A DNA stretch of 63,642 nucleotides, filler included, from Octopus bimaculoides (taxonomy: Eukaryota), in NCBI RefSeq assembly GCF_001194135.2. It is 5 parts of 4 records of this genome, joined end to end, with 100 filler letters (N's around TTAATTAATTAA, not from the genome) between each part and the next. Parts side by side here need not be neighbours in the genome. Positions count along the whole stretch, not along the records: positions 37,693 to 62,441 come from NC_068985.1; positions 62,542 to 63,642 come from NW_026333514.1; 3 more parts are not named here. The stretch is one strand, 5' to 3'. A model generated the notes under the pieces. That model saw nothing but the letters and a program-made list of their open reading frames with translations. It had not been told where the DNA came from and ran no database searches. Made by a program: the position numbers and the translations under genes. This document shows positions 52,001-63,642 of this stretch, piece by piece (position 1 is the first letter of the stretch; each line of letters begins with the position of its first letter).

Positions 52001-52396
52001 NNNNNNNNNNNNNNNNNNNNNNNNNNNNNNNNNNNNNNNNNNNNNNNNNNNNNNNNNNNNNNNNNNNNNNNNNNNNNNNNNNNNNNNNNNNNNNNNNNNN
52101 NNNNNNNNNNNNNNNNNNNNNNNNNNNNNNNNNNNNNNNNNAAAAGACCTCGTGACCATCCACCTCAAGAAACATAGTTGATAAATGACCATTCTCAACT
52201 ATTCTTCACCTAGGACTTCCACATTGATTTCTTCAAATTTCAAACTTTTTCGAACTTTCTCGAAAATTTCCAAATTTTCCACACTTCTTCATATCTTGAA
52301 TAAATTATGAACTGTTTCTAATTTCGATGTTGGTTTCTTTTGTTTTTCTTTCTTTCTTTCTTTCTAATGATAGTGTGATGTTGAAAAGTACGATGG

Positions 52397-52428
<32 letters not shown>

Positions 52429-53050
52429 GTGATAGCGTTGATAGTGTTGACGGCGTTGGTGGTGGTAGAGGTGGTAGTGGTGATAGTAAGTATGACTGTG
52501 GTTGTGATGGTAGCAGTGACGGTGTTGATGGTATTGTTGGTGATAGTGTGATGGTGATGATGATGGTGGTGGTGGTGGTGGTGGTGATAATAGTAGTGGC
52601 ATTAGTGATTGAAGGTGATGGTGCTGTTAGAGTCGGCGGTGATGGTGGTCGAGCTGGTTGAAATGATGGTGAAGGTAGTGATGATGATGATGGTGGTGGT
52701 GGTGACGGTAGCTTTAGTAGTGATGGTAGTGATGGTAATGATGATAGCAGTGGTGGTGGTGATGATGGCGATGGTGGTAATATTATTTGTAGTGGTGGTG
52801 ATATCAGAGACGTTAGAATCAGTGATGAAGACGGAGGTGCAGAGCTGATAAAAACTTACATAAAATTTAGTAAACTTATGCCTATCCCATGACCAACATA
52901 GATTCTTCAAATCGATTATCCCACTTTACTGAAACCTGAACTTGTTCAAGGCCTCGTTTTATTTCTGAGTTTTTTTTGTTTTTTTTTCATACATTTGAAT
53001 ATACTTTACTTTATAAGAGCTCACTGCGCAAGCGCAAGATTACTTTTGAC

Positions 53051-53693
53051 CAGGGGTTCTTAACCATTTTTTATTTTTGCCTATGGATCCCTTTGATTAC
53101 TGTTTTACTCTGGTGGACTCCATAGCCATTCGATATTTAAAAAAGTACTTTTATATGTACTTCTTTGAAAATTCCTTTTTTGGTTTACACTCATTCACTT
53201 GTGTTCGTTTGCAACAGCACTCTCTCAGAGAACATGTTTCAGTGGCTGGAATCATGCTGAACTCTATAAAACAGTGGTTCCCAAAGTGGGCGGTATTGCC
53301 CTGCTGGGGGAGGTGGAAGGTTCCAAGGGAGCATTGAAGAAAAGTGGGGCGATAATGGGGTAGCGATTCATGTAAAATCAACAAAATAATGGGTTCGTTA
53401 GGTTAAGCTTTATTTCTGAAAATACAGTGGTTTTGAATTTGCTTCAGAAAGGTCTCTGTTTGTGATGGTTAGCTGGCCTGGATAGCCTGAAAAAATTTAG
53501 GGACCACTGCTATAAAACATTAAAAAAACCTGGTTGTTTCTTGCAATAGATACATCTAAAGCAAAAAATTTTTTTCTTGAACGCTTAAAATACTACTGTA
53601 GATCCCCAATTTACTATCTTGCTTGCTTGGGCTCCACCAAAAATCTTATATACACTCTCCGGAGGTCACATGGATCCCGGTTGAGAATCACAG
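53051..53693. mobile_element. hAT MITE with a second hAT MITE nested at 53272-53509
   Basis: Outer TSD CTTTTGAC/CATTTGAC; inner TSD CTATAAAA is perfect; CAG(G/T)GGTTC ends. Confidence 0.8.
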
Positions 53694-54054
53694 CATTTGA
53701 CAACGATGTCCCGTAATTATGATTTTGCGATTTGAGACTGGTGTCCAATATTCGTTTGGAAATTTGTGATTTTTATGAGTTTGTTATTCTTTTATTCCTT
53801 TATTCTTTAATTTGTTTCAGTCATTTGACTACGGCCATGCTGGAGCACCGCCTTAAAAGAATTTTTTTTTTAGTCGAAGAAATCGACCCCAGAACTTATT
53901 GCTTGCAAGCCTAGTACTTATTCTATCGGTTATTTTTGTCGAACCGCTAAGTTACGTGGACGTAAACACACCAACATCGGTTGTCAATCGATAGTGGAGG
54001 AAAAACACAGACACAAAGATACAGTCACATAAATATACACACACAAACACACAC

Positions 54055-54107
<53 letters not shown>

Positions 54108-55909
54108 ATAATATTAGGGACAAAATCCAAAATTACAGGTAAAAAACTCAATTAAAATCAATTTATAAAAAATTAAAATTAAATTGAGCCTTATAGATAA
54201 AGTATATATAAAATATATAGTTTTAGGGAAAATAACCAATTTTCAAGAACTCATCGATGAAAATCCACTATCACATATAGNNNNNNNNNNNNNNNNNNNN
54301 NNNNNNNNNNNNNNNNNNNNNNNNNNNNNNNNNNNNNNNNNNNNNNNNNNNNNNNNNNNNNNNNNNNNNNNNNNNNNNNNNNNNNNNNNNNNNNNNNNNN
54401 NNNNNNNNNNNNNNNNNNNNNNNNNNNNNNNNNNNNNNNNNNNNNNNNNNNNNNNNNNNNNNNNNNNNNNNNNNNNNNNNNNNNNNNNNNNNNNNNNNNN
54501 NNNNNNNNNNNNNNNNNNNNNNNNNNNNNNNNNNNNNNNNNNNNNNNNNNNNNNNNNNNNNNNNNNNNNNNNNNNNNNNNNNNNNNNNNNNNNNNNNNNN
54601 NNNNNNNNNNNNNNNNNNNNNNNNNNNNNNNNNNNNNNNNNNNNNNNNNNNNNNNNNNNNNNNNNNNNNNNNNNNNNNNNNNNNNNNNNNNNNNNNNNNN
54701 NNNNNNNNNNNNNNNNNNNNNNNNNNNNNNNNNNNNNNNNNNNNNNNNNNNNNNNNNNNNNNNNNNNNNNNNNNNNNNNNNNNNNNATATATATATATAT
54801 ATATATATATATACGGTGGTCTTCATTCAGTTTCCGTCTACCAAATCCACACACAAGTCTTTGGTCAATCAGAGCTATGGTAGAAGATACTTGCCCAAGG
54901 TGCTACGCAGTGGGACTGAACCCGGGACCATGTGGTTGGGAAGCAAGCTTCTTACTACACAGTCACACCTCCATATATCATAATATGTGACACAAGGATC
55001 GATAAGGATAGTGATACTAGAACGAGTTCATACATAGCTGTATGGTTAAGAAGTTCTATTTGCAGCCATGCGGTTTCGGTTTTAGTCCCAATGTATAGCA
55101 CCTTGGGCAAGTGTCTTCTACTTTAGACCCGACCGACCAATGTCTTGCGAGTGAATAATCCTGACCTGTTCGCTTAGCCAGCGGGGGATGGCCTCATTCG
55201 AAAGCTAAAACGATGCAAAGCGTTGTGATAATCGGTGTATAACAACATACGATAGTTTGTTGGATCGTGTGATTAAAACAAATAGCCAGATGTCTAAAGT
55301 AAACGATCTCTTAAAGCGTTCTACTTCGTATTGCTTGTCTCATGTGGCTTCCACTGAACTGAAAATCTATGGATTATTAAGTATAAACTTCCTTTCTCTA
55401 TATTATGCATCATCAGCCGTTTTGGGCCCGCTTATTTGGTGTCGCAGATTCCATGTTGACTAATCAGACATCAGACGTTTTAATGGTTCTCTCTCTGCCC
55501 ACTCTGTCTTTCTCTCGCTCACTTGCTAAATTACAGGGATGTAAACAAACCAACATTGATTGTCAAGCAGTGTGGAATAACAAACATAAACACAAAAGGT
55601 GACGCATACATACATACATGCATACATACATACATATTTATATCTGACAGGCTTCCACACAGTTTCCGTCAACTAAATTCATTCACGGTATTTGTTTGAT
55701 ACCAAGGTTCTCAAAATTCATAGACTGCGTGCTTTTATTAACAGTAGTATGAAAGGTGCCCTTTTTCTTTTACTTAATAGATGATACCAAACACATTGAA
55801 TCATACTTTCCACAGTAATTGTTGGATTAGTAACGAGATTGTAGCGAGTCTTCTGTTGAGTTTTGAAATTTCGCACTCAGCTTCCCCAGCTTCGGACCAC
55901 GGTCTACAA

Positions 55910-55931
55910 TCTATATATATAAAAATGAGAA

Positions 55932-55978
<47 letters not shown>

Positions 55979-57197
55979 GTGAATCCCTAAAACTCGAGAA
56001 CTACGCAACCAATTTCATTCAAATTTTACAGATGCCTTACTTAGGGTTCCAGTTGTGTTTTNNNNNNNNNNNNNNNNNNNNNNNNNNNNNNNNNNNNNNN
56101 NNNNNNNNNNNNNNNNNNNNNNNNNNNNNNNNNNNNNNNNNNNNNNNNNNNNNNNNNNNNNNNNNNNNNNNNNNNNNNNNNNNNNNNNNNNNNNNNNNNN
56201 NNNNNNNNNNNNNNNNNNNNNNNNNNNNNNNNNNNNNNNNNNNNNNNNNNNNNNNNNNNNNNNNNNNNNNNNNNNNNNNNNNNNNNNNNNNNNNNNNNNN
56301 NNNNNNNNNNNNNNNNNNNNNNNNNNNNNNNNNNNNNNNNNNNNNNNNNNNNNNNNNNNNNNNNNNNNNNNNNNNNNNNNNNNNNNNNNNNNNNNNNNNN
56401 NNNNNNNNNNNNNNNNNNNNNNNNNNNNNNNNNNNNNNNNNNNNNNNNNNNNNNNNNNNNNNNNNNNNNNNNNNNNNNNNNNNNNNNNNNNNNNNNNNNN
56501 NNNNNNNNNNNNNNNNNNNNNNNNNNNNNNNNNNNNNNNNNNNNNNNNNNNNNNNNNNNNNNNNNNNNNNNNNNNNNNNNNNNNNNNNNNNNNNNNNNNN
56601 NNNNNNNNNNNNNNNNNNNNNNNNNNNNNNNNNNNNNNNNNNNNNNNNNNNNNNNNNNNNNNNNNNNNNNNNNNNNNNNNNNNNNNNNNNNNNNNNNNNN
56701 NNNNNNNNNNNNNNNNNNNNNNNNNNNNNNNNNNNNNNNNNNNNNNNNNNNNNNNNNNNNNNNNNNNNNNNNNNNNNNNNNNNNNNNNNNNNNNNNNNNN
56801 NNNNNNNNNNNNNNNNNNNNNNNNNNNNNNNNNNNNNNNNNNNNNNNTTCTGCAATGTGGTGCATAAATTGTCAAGTAAATGAGACTCATCTTTGCCTCC
56901 ACTGATTCACTTACAAAGTGTTGAGTAAAATTATTTCGTTGCAGACCTCCTTTGGGTCTTTTTATTATCACTGCGACACACATAGTCCCCAGTTGGTAAC
57001 ATTGATTTCAAGGCCCTCCTAGATGAGAGACTGGCATTCCACTTAATGTCTATGTTCCATGCTGGCATGGATTGGAGAGTTATTAATGTAGAAATATGGT
57101 ATCGTAGCTACTAACAGTTGAGGGTTGCGTAGTCTAGACGGCGTTTTTAGATTTCATTATTCTCTTTAACCCGGGCAAAGCCGGGTATTTCTGCTAG
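55910..57197 (+). mobile_element. Non-autonomous Helitron (contains a gap)
   Basis: A|TCTATAT start, (CTGT)n near the 5' end, CCCGGGCAAAGCCGGG hairpin, CTAG|T end. Confidence 0.75.
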
Positions 57198-57999
57198 TAC
57201 TATCATAAACGTCAAAGCCAGTTATGAAAAATTAATTGTCGTCATGGAAGACTTTAACGCCTACACGAAATTGGCTCAGCTAATGAAATAGACTAGTGTG
57301 TAACGAAAGAAACTGTAATCTTACCGTCAAATAGTTTGGTCGAACTTTCTAGAATATCCGTTGGACATTATACAAAGTGGGATTATGAATAGCCAGATAG
57401 AACCATCCTAGGCTTTACACGGAACTATGTCACTCAGTTCTGTAATAGATGTTCTCACTTTTTCTGCTTCTTCTGCCTAGAACGATCTGAGGTGTCCCTC
57501 GTAGCTATGTCTGTAAGCATTGTCGTAAAGTGTGTTCATTCTTTCTATTTAATTTGTTCTCAATAATTATGAATTTGATTCCTATTTTGCTCTTTAATGC
57601 AGTAAAAATGTGTACCTAATCTATTCGATACCTCTTGTATGCTGTTCTATTTATTCAACTATTGCATATGTGTAGATGCAAATGTTCCAAATTAATAAAA
57701 ATGTATGAAAACTAATACGAATATTAGTGTGGTCATTAAGACGGCGAGCTGGCAGAATCGTTAGCATGCTGGGAAAAACACTGAGAGACATTTTTATCTA
57801 TGTTTAATGTTTTAAGTTCAAATACAGCCACGGTCGAATTTTCTTTACATCCTTTCGGGAGTCGATGAAATAAGTACCAGTTGAACACTGGAGTCGATGT
57901 AATCGATTTATCCCCTTCCCCAAACTTGCTGGCCTCGAACCAAAATTTGAAACCAATATCAGAGTGGTTATAATGACCAACCAAATATTGTTATTCATT

Positions 58000-58386
58000 G
58001 TGTGTGTTGGCACTCCGTCGTTTGCGACGTCGAGGGTTCCAGTTGATCCGATCAACGGAACAGCCTGCTCGTGAAATTAACGTGCAAGTGGCTGAGCACT
58101 CCACAGACACGTGTACCCTTAACGTAGTTCTCTGGGAGATTCAGCGTGACACAGTGTGACAAGGCTGACCCTTTGAATTACAGGCACAACAGAAACAGGA
58201 AGAAAGAGTGAGAGAAAGTTGTAGTGAAAGAGTACAGCAGGGTTCGCCACCATCTCCTATCGGAGCCTCGTGGAGCTTTGGATGTTTTCGCTCAATAAAC
58301 ACTCACAACACCCGGTCTGGGAATTGAAATCGCGATCCTATGACCGCGAGTCCCCTGCCCTAACCACTGGGTCATTGCGCCTCCAC
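58000..58386 (-). mobile_element. tRNA-derived SINE, family C, full length
   Basis: Reverse complement of 5820-6204; 11-bp TSD. Confidence 0.9.
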
Positions 58387-59312
58387 TGTTATTCATTAAT
58401 AACTACTTAACAACTCTTGGCAAACTTTCACNNNNNNNNNNNNNNNNNNNNNNNNNNNNNNNNNNNNNNNNNNNNNNNNNNNNNNNNNNNNNNNNNNNNN
58501 NNNNNNNNNNNNNNNNNNNNNNNNNNNNNNNNNNNNNNNNNNNNNNNNNNNNNTCGACTAAAAGGCTAAAAGGTGCTCCAGCATGGCCGCAGTGAAATGA
58601 CTGAAACAAGTAAAAGAGATTTCGTGTATTGTAAAAGTATAACCAATTTGTTACAGATAAATTTTGTCAGCAAAATCTTATATGTATGTATGTATGTGTG
58701 TGTGTATGTGTGTCTGTTTGTCCCCCCCCCCACCAACATTACTTGACCACCGATGGTGCTGTGTTTACGTCCCTGTAACTTAGCGGTTCGGCAAAAGAGA
58801 CCGATAGAATAAGTACTAGGCTTACAAAGAATAAGTCCTGGGGTCGATTTGCTCGACTAAAAGGCTAAAAGGTGCTCCAGCATGGCCGCAGTGAAATGAC
58901 TGAAACAAGTAAAAGAGATTTCGTGTATTGTAAAAGTATAACCAATTTGTTACAGATAAATTTTGTCAGCAAAATCTTATATGTATGTATGTATGTGTGT
59001 GTATGTATTTATGTGTATGTGTGCGTATGTGTGTGTATGAGTGATGTGTGTCAGTGTATATATATGCGTGCCCGCCATTGTTTTCACATTAAATTCCGAT
59101 ATAATCATAATCTATGTCCGTAGTTCCCAACCGAGGTCCACATGGCCCTTGGGGATCCATATAAAACTTTGTTGTTAAAATTTATGTGCAATAAATTGAT
59201 AAATTGGAAATTTGAAAAAGAATATGTAATGTGTGTTAGCATATATGTGTGCGCACGAACCATGTCTTCTTTTTTGTTTCACATTAAATTCCGATATAGT
59301 CGTCGTCTACAC

Positions 59313-59503
59313 CAGCGCTCCCCCACCCATCCTTTCTTCGCTTGCGATACACTTATATTCTTTTCAAAATTTGGCTGCAAACTTGAACTAAAAATATAGC
59401 TAAAAGTATAAGGGAAAAGATTATATTCAGGTTACACTGCGGCACACCTAACATCGTCTCGTGGCACACCAGTGTGCCGCGGCATACCGGTTGCAGAGCA
59501 CTG
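59313..59503. mobile_element. hAT MITE
   Basis: Ends CAGCGCTC / GAGCACTG; perfect 8-bp TSD GTCTACAC. Confidence 0.85.
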
Positions 59504-60737
59504 GTCTACACCATCTGAAGAGTATTTGTGGAAAATTTTATTAAAAAATGTCCATCTTTCTGAAAGTTATGAAGAAACAAAGTCGACTTATGAGAATTAT
59601 CCTTAACTCCCCTCCGACCCTTCGAAAACATTTTTCGCAACAGATGCCGATAAATCGTAATCTACACCGATTGAAAGCTATTTTCTCTTTTACCACTTGC
59701 TTGTTTCAGTATGCATTTTTTAGAGCCTGGTTCTTGTTCTATCGGTCTCTTTTGCCAAGCTGCTAGACTACGGGGACGTAAGCACACTAACACCGGTTGT
59801 TAAGCGGTGGTGGGAAACAAACACAGACACAAAGACACGCACACAAACACACACACACACATACATACACGCACATACACACATACATATGTATATACAT
59901 ACACATGACGGGCTTCTTTCATTTTCTGTCTACCAAACCCACTCTCAAGGCTTAGGTCGGCCCGAGGCTAGAGTAGATATTCATACATTTGTCCAAAATG
60001 CCACACACAGGGTCTGAACCCGGAACCATGTGGTTAAGAAGTAAAACTTCGTACCACACACCTACACCTTGCGCCTTTGTAAAAGAAAAAATTCATAAAA
60101 AAAATATCCATGTTTCTGAAAGATATGAGGAAACAAAGTCCAGATTATGCTCATTTGTGTAGATATGCCCAACTCTATAACCCTCGCTAGAAGGTGATTA
60201 TTAAATAATGTACAACAAAAGCGTACATTTACTGAAGCAGGAAACAACAACTGGTTCGAAATTAAATAATTCCGAGACACCTTTCAGAATAAAAACGAAA
60301 AAAAAATAAATAAATAAATAAATAAATGAATAACAATAATTAAATTAAATTAGTGTTGACATATTTAATGAAGGGAACATTAAAAAGCTAATCAGAAATA
60401 ATAATGCGTCGAGGAAATTATATTTTTAATGTATTTTGTGGTGTTAATTTTTCCATTGAGTCTCAAAACTGTTGTTTTAAACACAAAGAGCTTTTAATGT
60501 TTCATATGACATTGCAATAAACGATGTTAGAAGTAATACTTCAATCAAAAGGAAAATTCACAGCATTAATATTATTATCATCATCTTTATTGTTATAATT
60601 ATTATTATTGTTGTTGTTGTTGTTGTTGTTACGCACGTATTCAAATAATGTCTGCACATGTCACACTAAAACACCTTATTATTACGTTCTGTAAGTCATC
60701 GGCAGGAGATCTGTAACTTCAGTCAACATGCTATACT

Positions 60738-60846
60738 ACGCATGCGCCTAGTCGTACGTACACAAATACTATTCTTCTATGGAATGTTTATGTAAGGCGG
60801 TCGGCGTTCATAGAAGACGCGTATTCGTGCATTCGCGCGCATGCGA

Positions 60847-60848
<2 letters not shown>
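60738..60848. promoter_or_regulatory. CpG-rich patch with two NRF1-like GCGCATGCG sites, candidate promoter
   Basis: ACGCATGCGC at 60738-47 and GCGCATGCG at 60837-45 in CpG-rich unique sequence. Confidence 0.4.
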
Positions 60849-60882
<34 letters not shown>

Positions 60883-62193
60883 ATACACATATGTATATAC
60901 ACACACAAAGAAAGCAAAAGGTGGAAATTTTCAGATGATGTATTATATTATATTAATATAAAGTGACTGTGTGGTAAGTAGCTTGCTTATCAACCACATG
61001 GTTCCGGGTTCAGTCCCATGCATGGCACCTTGGGCAAATGTATTCTACTATAGCCTCGGGCCAACCAAAGCCTTGTGAGTGGATTTGGTAGACGGAAACT
61101 AAAACAAGCCTATCGTATATATGTATGTATATATNNNNNNNNNNNNNNNNNNNNNNNNNNNNNNNNNNNNNNNNNNNNNNNNNNNNNNNNNNNNNNNNNN
61201 NNNNNNNNNNNNNNNNNNNNNNNNNNNNNNNNNNNNNNNNNNNNNNNNNNNNNNNNNNNNNNNNNNNNNNNNNNNNNNNNNNNNNNNNNNNNNNNNNNNN
61301 NNNNNNNNNNNNNNNNNNNNNNNNNNNNNNNNNNNNNNNNNNNNNNNNNNNNNNNNNNNNNNNNNNNNNNNNNNNNNNNNNNNNNNNNNNNNNNNNNNNN
61401 NNNNNNNNNNNNNNNNNNGCACCTTGGGCAAATGTATTCTACTATAGCCTCGGGCCAACCAAAGCCTTGTGAGTGGATTTGGTAGACGGAAACTGAAAGA
61501 AGCCTGTCGTATATATGTATATATGTATGTGTGTGTATATGTTTGCGTGTCTGTGTTTGTCCCCCCAACATCGCTTGACAACCGATGCTGGTGTGTTTAC
61601 GTCCCCGTAACTTAGCGGTTCGGCAAAAGAGACCGATAGAATAAGTACTAGGCTTACAAAGGCGGTGCTGCAGCATGACCACAGTCAAATGACCAAAACA
61701 AGTAAAAGAGTAAAAGAGGTCCAACGTACACAGAGTAAGTTGGGCCTATTAATTTACTCTGGGAACTGATCTAGGAATATTCACACCATATGTCTACAGC
61801 GAGAAATTTTCTCCATGACAAAATACAGTGGTTGGCTTGTTCCCCAGTTCGAACGTGCCTCAAGCATATTTGAACTGGTGATAAGATTGCATTTATACAT
61901 ATCACTGCTTAGCGCTCCCATTCCGTAATATATATATATATATGTTTGGGCGCGTGTGTGTATATGTGTGTGTGTAAAAGATGTTGAATATGAACTGGGA
62001 TTCGTTTCGACATTTTATTTTAAAGATTTTAAAGAATTAACCGGTTTCACAGAATTCACTGATTTTCAAAAAAGTTACGATAGAAAGACATGGCACTATG
62101 CTGCAACTGCCTTGCTTATATACATACATACATACCTACATACATACATACATACATACATACATGCATACATACATTCATACATAAATACAT

Positions 62194-62233
<40 letters not shown>

Positions 62234-62323
62234 TATAAAAAACAATAACAAAAAAACAAAAAACAACAAAGTGAGGACGTGATATGGATAGTATTATTGG
62301 ACGTTCAGGAAAGGAAAGAGAGA

Positions 62324-62360
62324 GTGTATGACGTTTCGGGCGTAGCCCTTCGTCGGAAAG
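62324..62360 (-). ncRNA. Minimal hammerhead, fourth family, core variant CCGACGA
   Basis: CCGACGA-A-GGGC(UAC)GCCC-GAAAC-GUC; U4C; weak stem I. Confidence 0.5.
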
Positions 62361-63410
62361 ATGGAAAGTTCGGAGAATGGAAGAACGGAGAAAGAGGAAA
62401 ATGGTACCGATGCCCACGAGGTTACATTATGAAAAGACCGGNNNNNNNNNNNNNNNNNNNNNNNNNNNNNNNNNNNNNNNNNNNNTTAATTAATTAANNN
62501 NNNNNNNNNNNNNNNNNNNNNNNNNNNNNNNNNNNNNNNNNGTGCTCCAGCATGGCCGCAGTCAAATGAATGAAACGAGTAAAAGAGTAAATATAAGGGT
62601 AATATATAATGAGATGCGGGGAGATAGGAAGGGGAGGGATATATTAATGTATGGGATGCAGAGAAAGAAAGAAAGAAAGAGGGGGGAGAGAGAGAGAGTG
62701 ATATATATCTTTTAAGCAAGTGAGGGAAAGGATGAAGTGAGCGATATATTAAGGGAGGCGGAGTAATTAAACTGAATATATAATGAAGTGCCGAGAGAAA
62801 AGAGACAAAGAGGGAGAAATCGAGTGATATGTTTTGTAGGCGAGAGAGAGAGGGCGAACGATAACTATATTTACAGAGAGAGGAAGGGTATGAGGTAATA
62901 AAGGAAGTTAAATAGGCGGAGTCATCTGTTGAATATATAAAGATGGGTGGAGAGAAGGGATTCTGAGCAAGGTTTATAACTCTCATTACATCCCTTTATG
63001 GTTTAAATTCAGTTCTTATCGTGTGAAATAGAAAATTTATGTCGTTGCTCAGTCTGTGAAGATTTCCAAATATGATTTAATGTAAATAGTATATCGAAGT
63101 GCTTATAACAGATTACCAATAAATAACGACCATTTCTCCATATCAATGATTCAATTGTCGTCAAGGACCTAAAAGAAACACATTTTCAAGTATTAGCTTT
63201 GCACTCTCCTGAAATTGTGAAAAAGCTTCAAACAGCCGAATCCTACTCAATTCACATCTTAAAGAAGGACACATTATACAATGTGGTTATAGGTTCTCTA
63301 TACTTAGGGAAAAGACAGGATGGTCCTGGGTGGAAGGAATTTGAACATAGGTCTCTGTTTCGTCGAAGGTAGACTCAAGACGGAACAATAGCACCGTTTT
63401 CTACAGAAAT

Positions 63411-63616
63411 TCAGTTTACGTCTGATGATAGGTGTTCAAGAGCATCGAAACACTCCGTTTTATTAAGAGCTTCCTTTAAAGTTCCAAGTGTACGTTTCGC
63501 TGGATCACAACTCTGAAACCATTTATGGAGCATCTGGAAAGTTTGTTCTACAACATCATGAGGGTAATCATGCCAGATAACATCCAGGTCAACTTGTCTA
63601 ATTCCTAATTCTCTTC
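63411..63616 (-). CDS. Terminal exon of a death-domain protein (gene continues beyond the window)
   Basis: Acceptor ttttgtattgtattttttgcag, phase 1. Reads (G)RELGIRQVDLDVIWHDYPHDVVEQTFQMLHKWFQSCDPAKRTLGTLKEALNKTECFDALEHLSSDVN*, which has the death-domain pattern GRELG..I..D.P.D..EQ..QML.KW...T...L..AL. Confidence 0.85.
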
Positions 63617-63642
63617 CTGCAAAAAATACAATACAAAAATAA

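Noticed and set aside
58554-58995. Identical ~140-bp direct repeat with a 300-bp period; likewise 61024-61100 versus 61419-61495
   Set aside because: Both abut N gaps and are near-identical; probably contig overlap or allelic mis-assembly.
59548-60150. ~45-bp duplicated segment reading HLSESYEETKS / HVSERYEETKS
   Set aside because: Both frames stop shortly afterwards; local duplication without coding support.
63415-63460. Plus-strand CTGATGA..stem..GAAAC hammerhead-like motif
   Set aside because: Stem I cannot form, there is a 2-nt core insertion, and the sequence is the antisense of the death-domain coding exon.

Overview
A repeat-rich, gapped eukaryotic scaffold. The SINE families, microsatellite load and intron style suggest a cephalopod, probably Octopus (inference, not searched). 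Most ORF-track entries are microsatellite or N-gap artefacts. Protein-coding content: (1) a minus-strand SFI1-like centrin-binding repeat gene (about 0.4-24.7 kb) with 13 reconstructed coding exons, including a 510-codon low-complexity first coding exon; ten consecutive junctions are phase-compatible and one junction is unresolved; (2) an orphan acidic 170-aa plus-strand ORF at 47057-47569 with (DPNPNAVG)x3, a CC motif, RVSW and a C-terminal NPF; (3) the last exon of a death-domain gene at 63411-63616 (minus), absent from the ORF track. The main hidden signal is RNA. There are eight hammerhead-ribozyme (HHR) motifs from five sequence families. One is a canonical, full-length type I HHR (39513-39574). 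Three occur in copies of a composite element: tRNA-like Pol III head, (AAT)n spacer, and a Penelope-type minimal-HHR tail. All three copies lie sense in introns of the SFI1-like gene, and two carry inverted 5' tail copies typical of Penelope-type insertion, one of which holds a fourth copy of this HHR. The window also holds hAT, mariner, Tigger-like and piggyBac-like MITEs, two non-autonomous Helitrons, RLE-LINE 3' ends and several SINE families.
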